Part shown: positions 63,771 to 64,000 of the stretch, piece after piece
Position numbering within the stretch: the first letter of the stretch is position 1
Layout: each line of letters begins with the position of its first letter
Assembly: GCA_964016885.1 (NCBI GenBank)
Contig: OZ024742.1
Span: 139,748,001-139,812,000 of the forward strand
Length of the DNA stretch: 64,000 bases
Direction of reading: 5' to 3'
From: Eledone cirrhosa
Taxonomy: Eukaryota
Translations under genes and position numbers: made by a program
The notes under the pieces: generated by a model
The model's input: only the letters and a program-made list of their open reading frames with translations
Told to the model about the DNA's origin: nothing
Databases searched by the model: none

Positions 63771-64000
63771 GCAAAAATGAAGGAAAAATTTTTTTCTAAG
63801 ATAAATCAAAGTGGAAATTTAAATCCTCACTTATAACAAAGCACACCACAGCACATTAATCTACCTCAATCCACAGCATATACTTCACCATAACCATACT
63901 TCACTATATGGTAAATGTATTACAGAACACCTATTCCTACCATTTACAATATATGGACATTAATGTGACAAATTGGCTACCTGCTTTTTTTTTGTGGTTA

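Overview
AT-rich, repeat-saturated animal genomic DNA with no recognisable host gene and one assembly gap (4019-4218). The tRNA-derived SINEs and very long (TA)n tracts suggest a cephalopod such as Octopus; this is an inference. The window is a cluster of Penelope-like retroelements (PLEs; RT plus C-terminal GIY-YIG) from at least five families. Nearly all are 5'-truncated, sit in (TA)n and carry a hammerhead ribozyme (HHR) near the 3' end, and most are fold-back (inverted) structures. The most notable content is three non-coding HHR-containing tandem-repeat families: A (468-510 bp), B (311 bp) and C (468 bp). They look like multimeric cDNA copies of retrozyme-like circular RNAs inserted as palindromes, one nested inside another. 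They share a covarying HHR with an invariant UAACAA loop, and A and C share further motifs. About 35 HHR motifs were read by eye. Also present: Tx1/L1-like and RTE LINE fragments, SINEs, mariner-type MITEs and a foldback element family with a telomere-like hexamer core. All coordinates were read manually.
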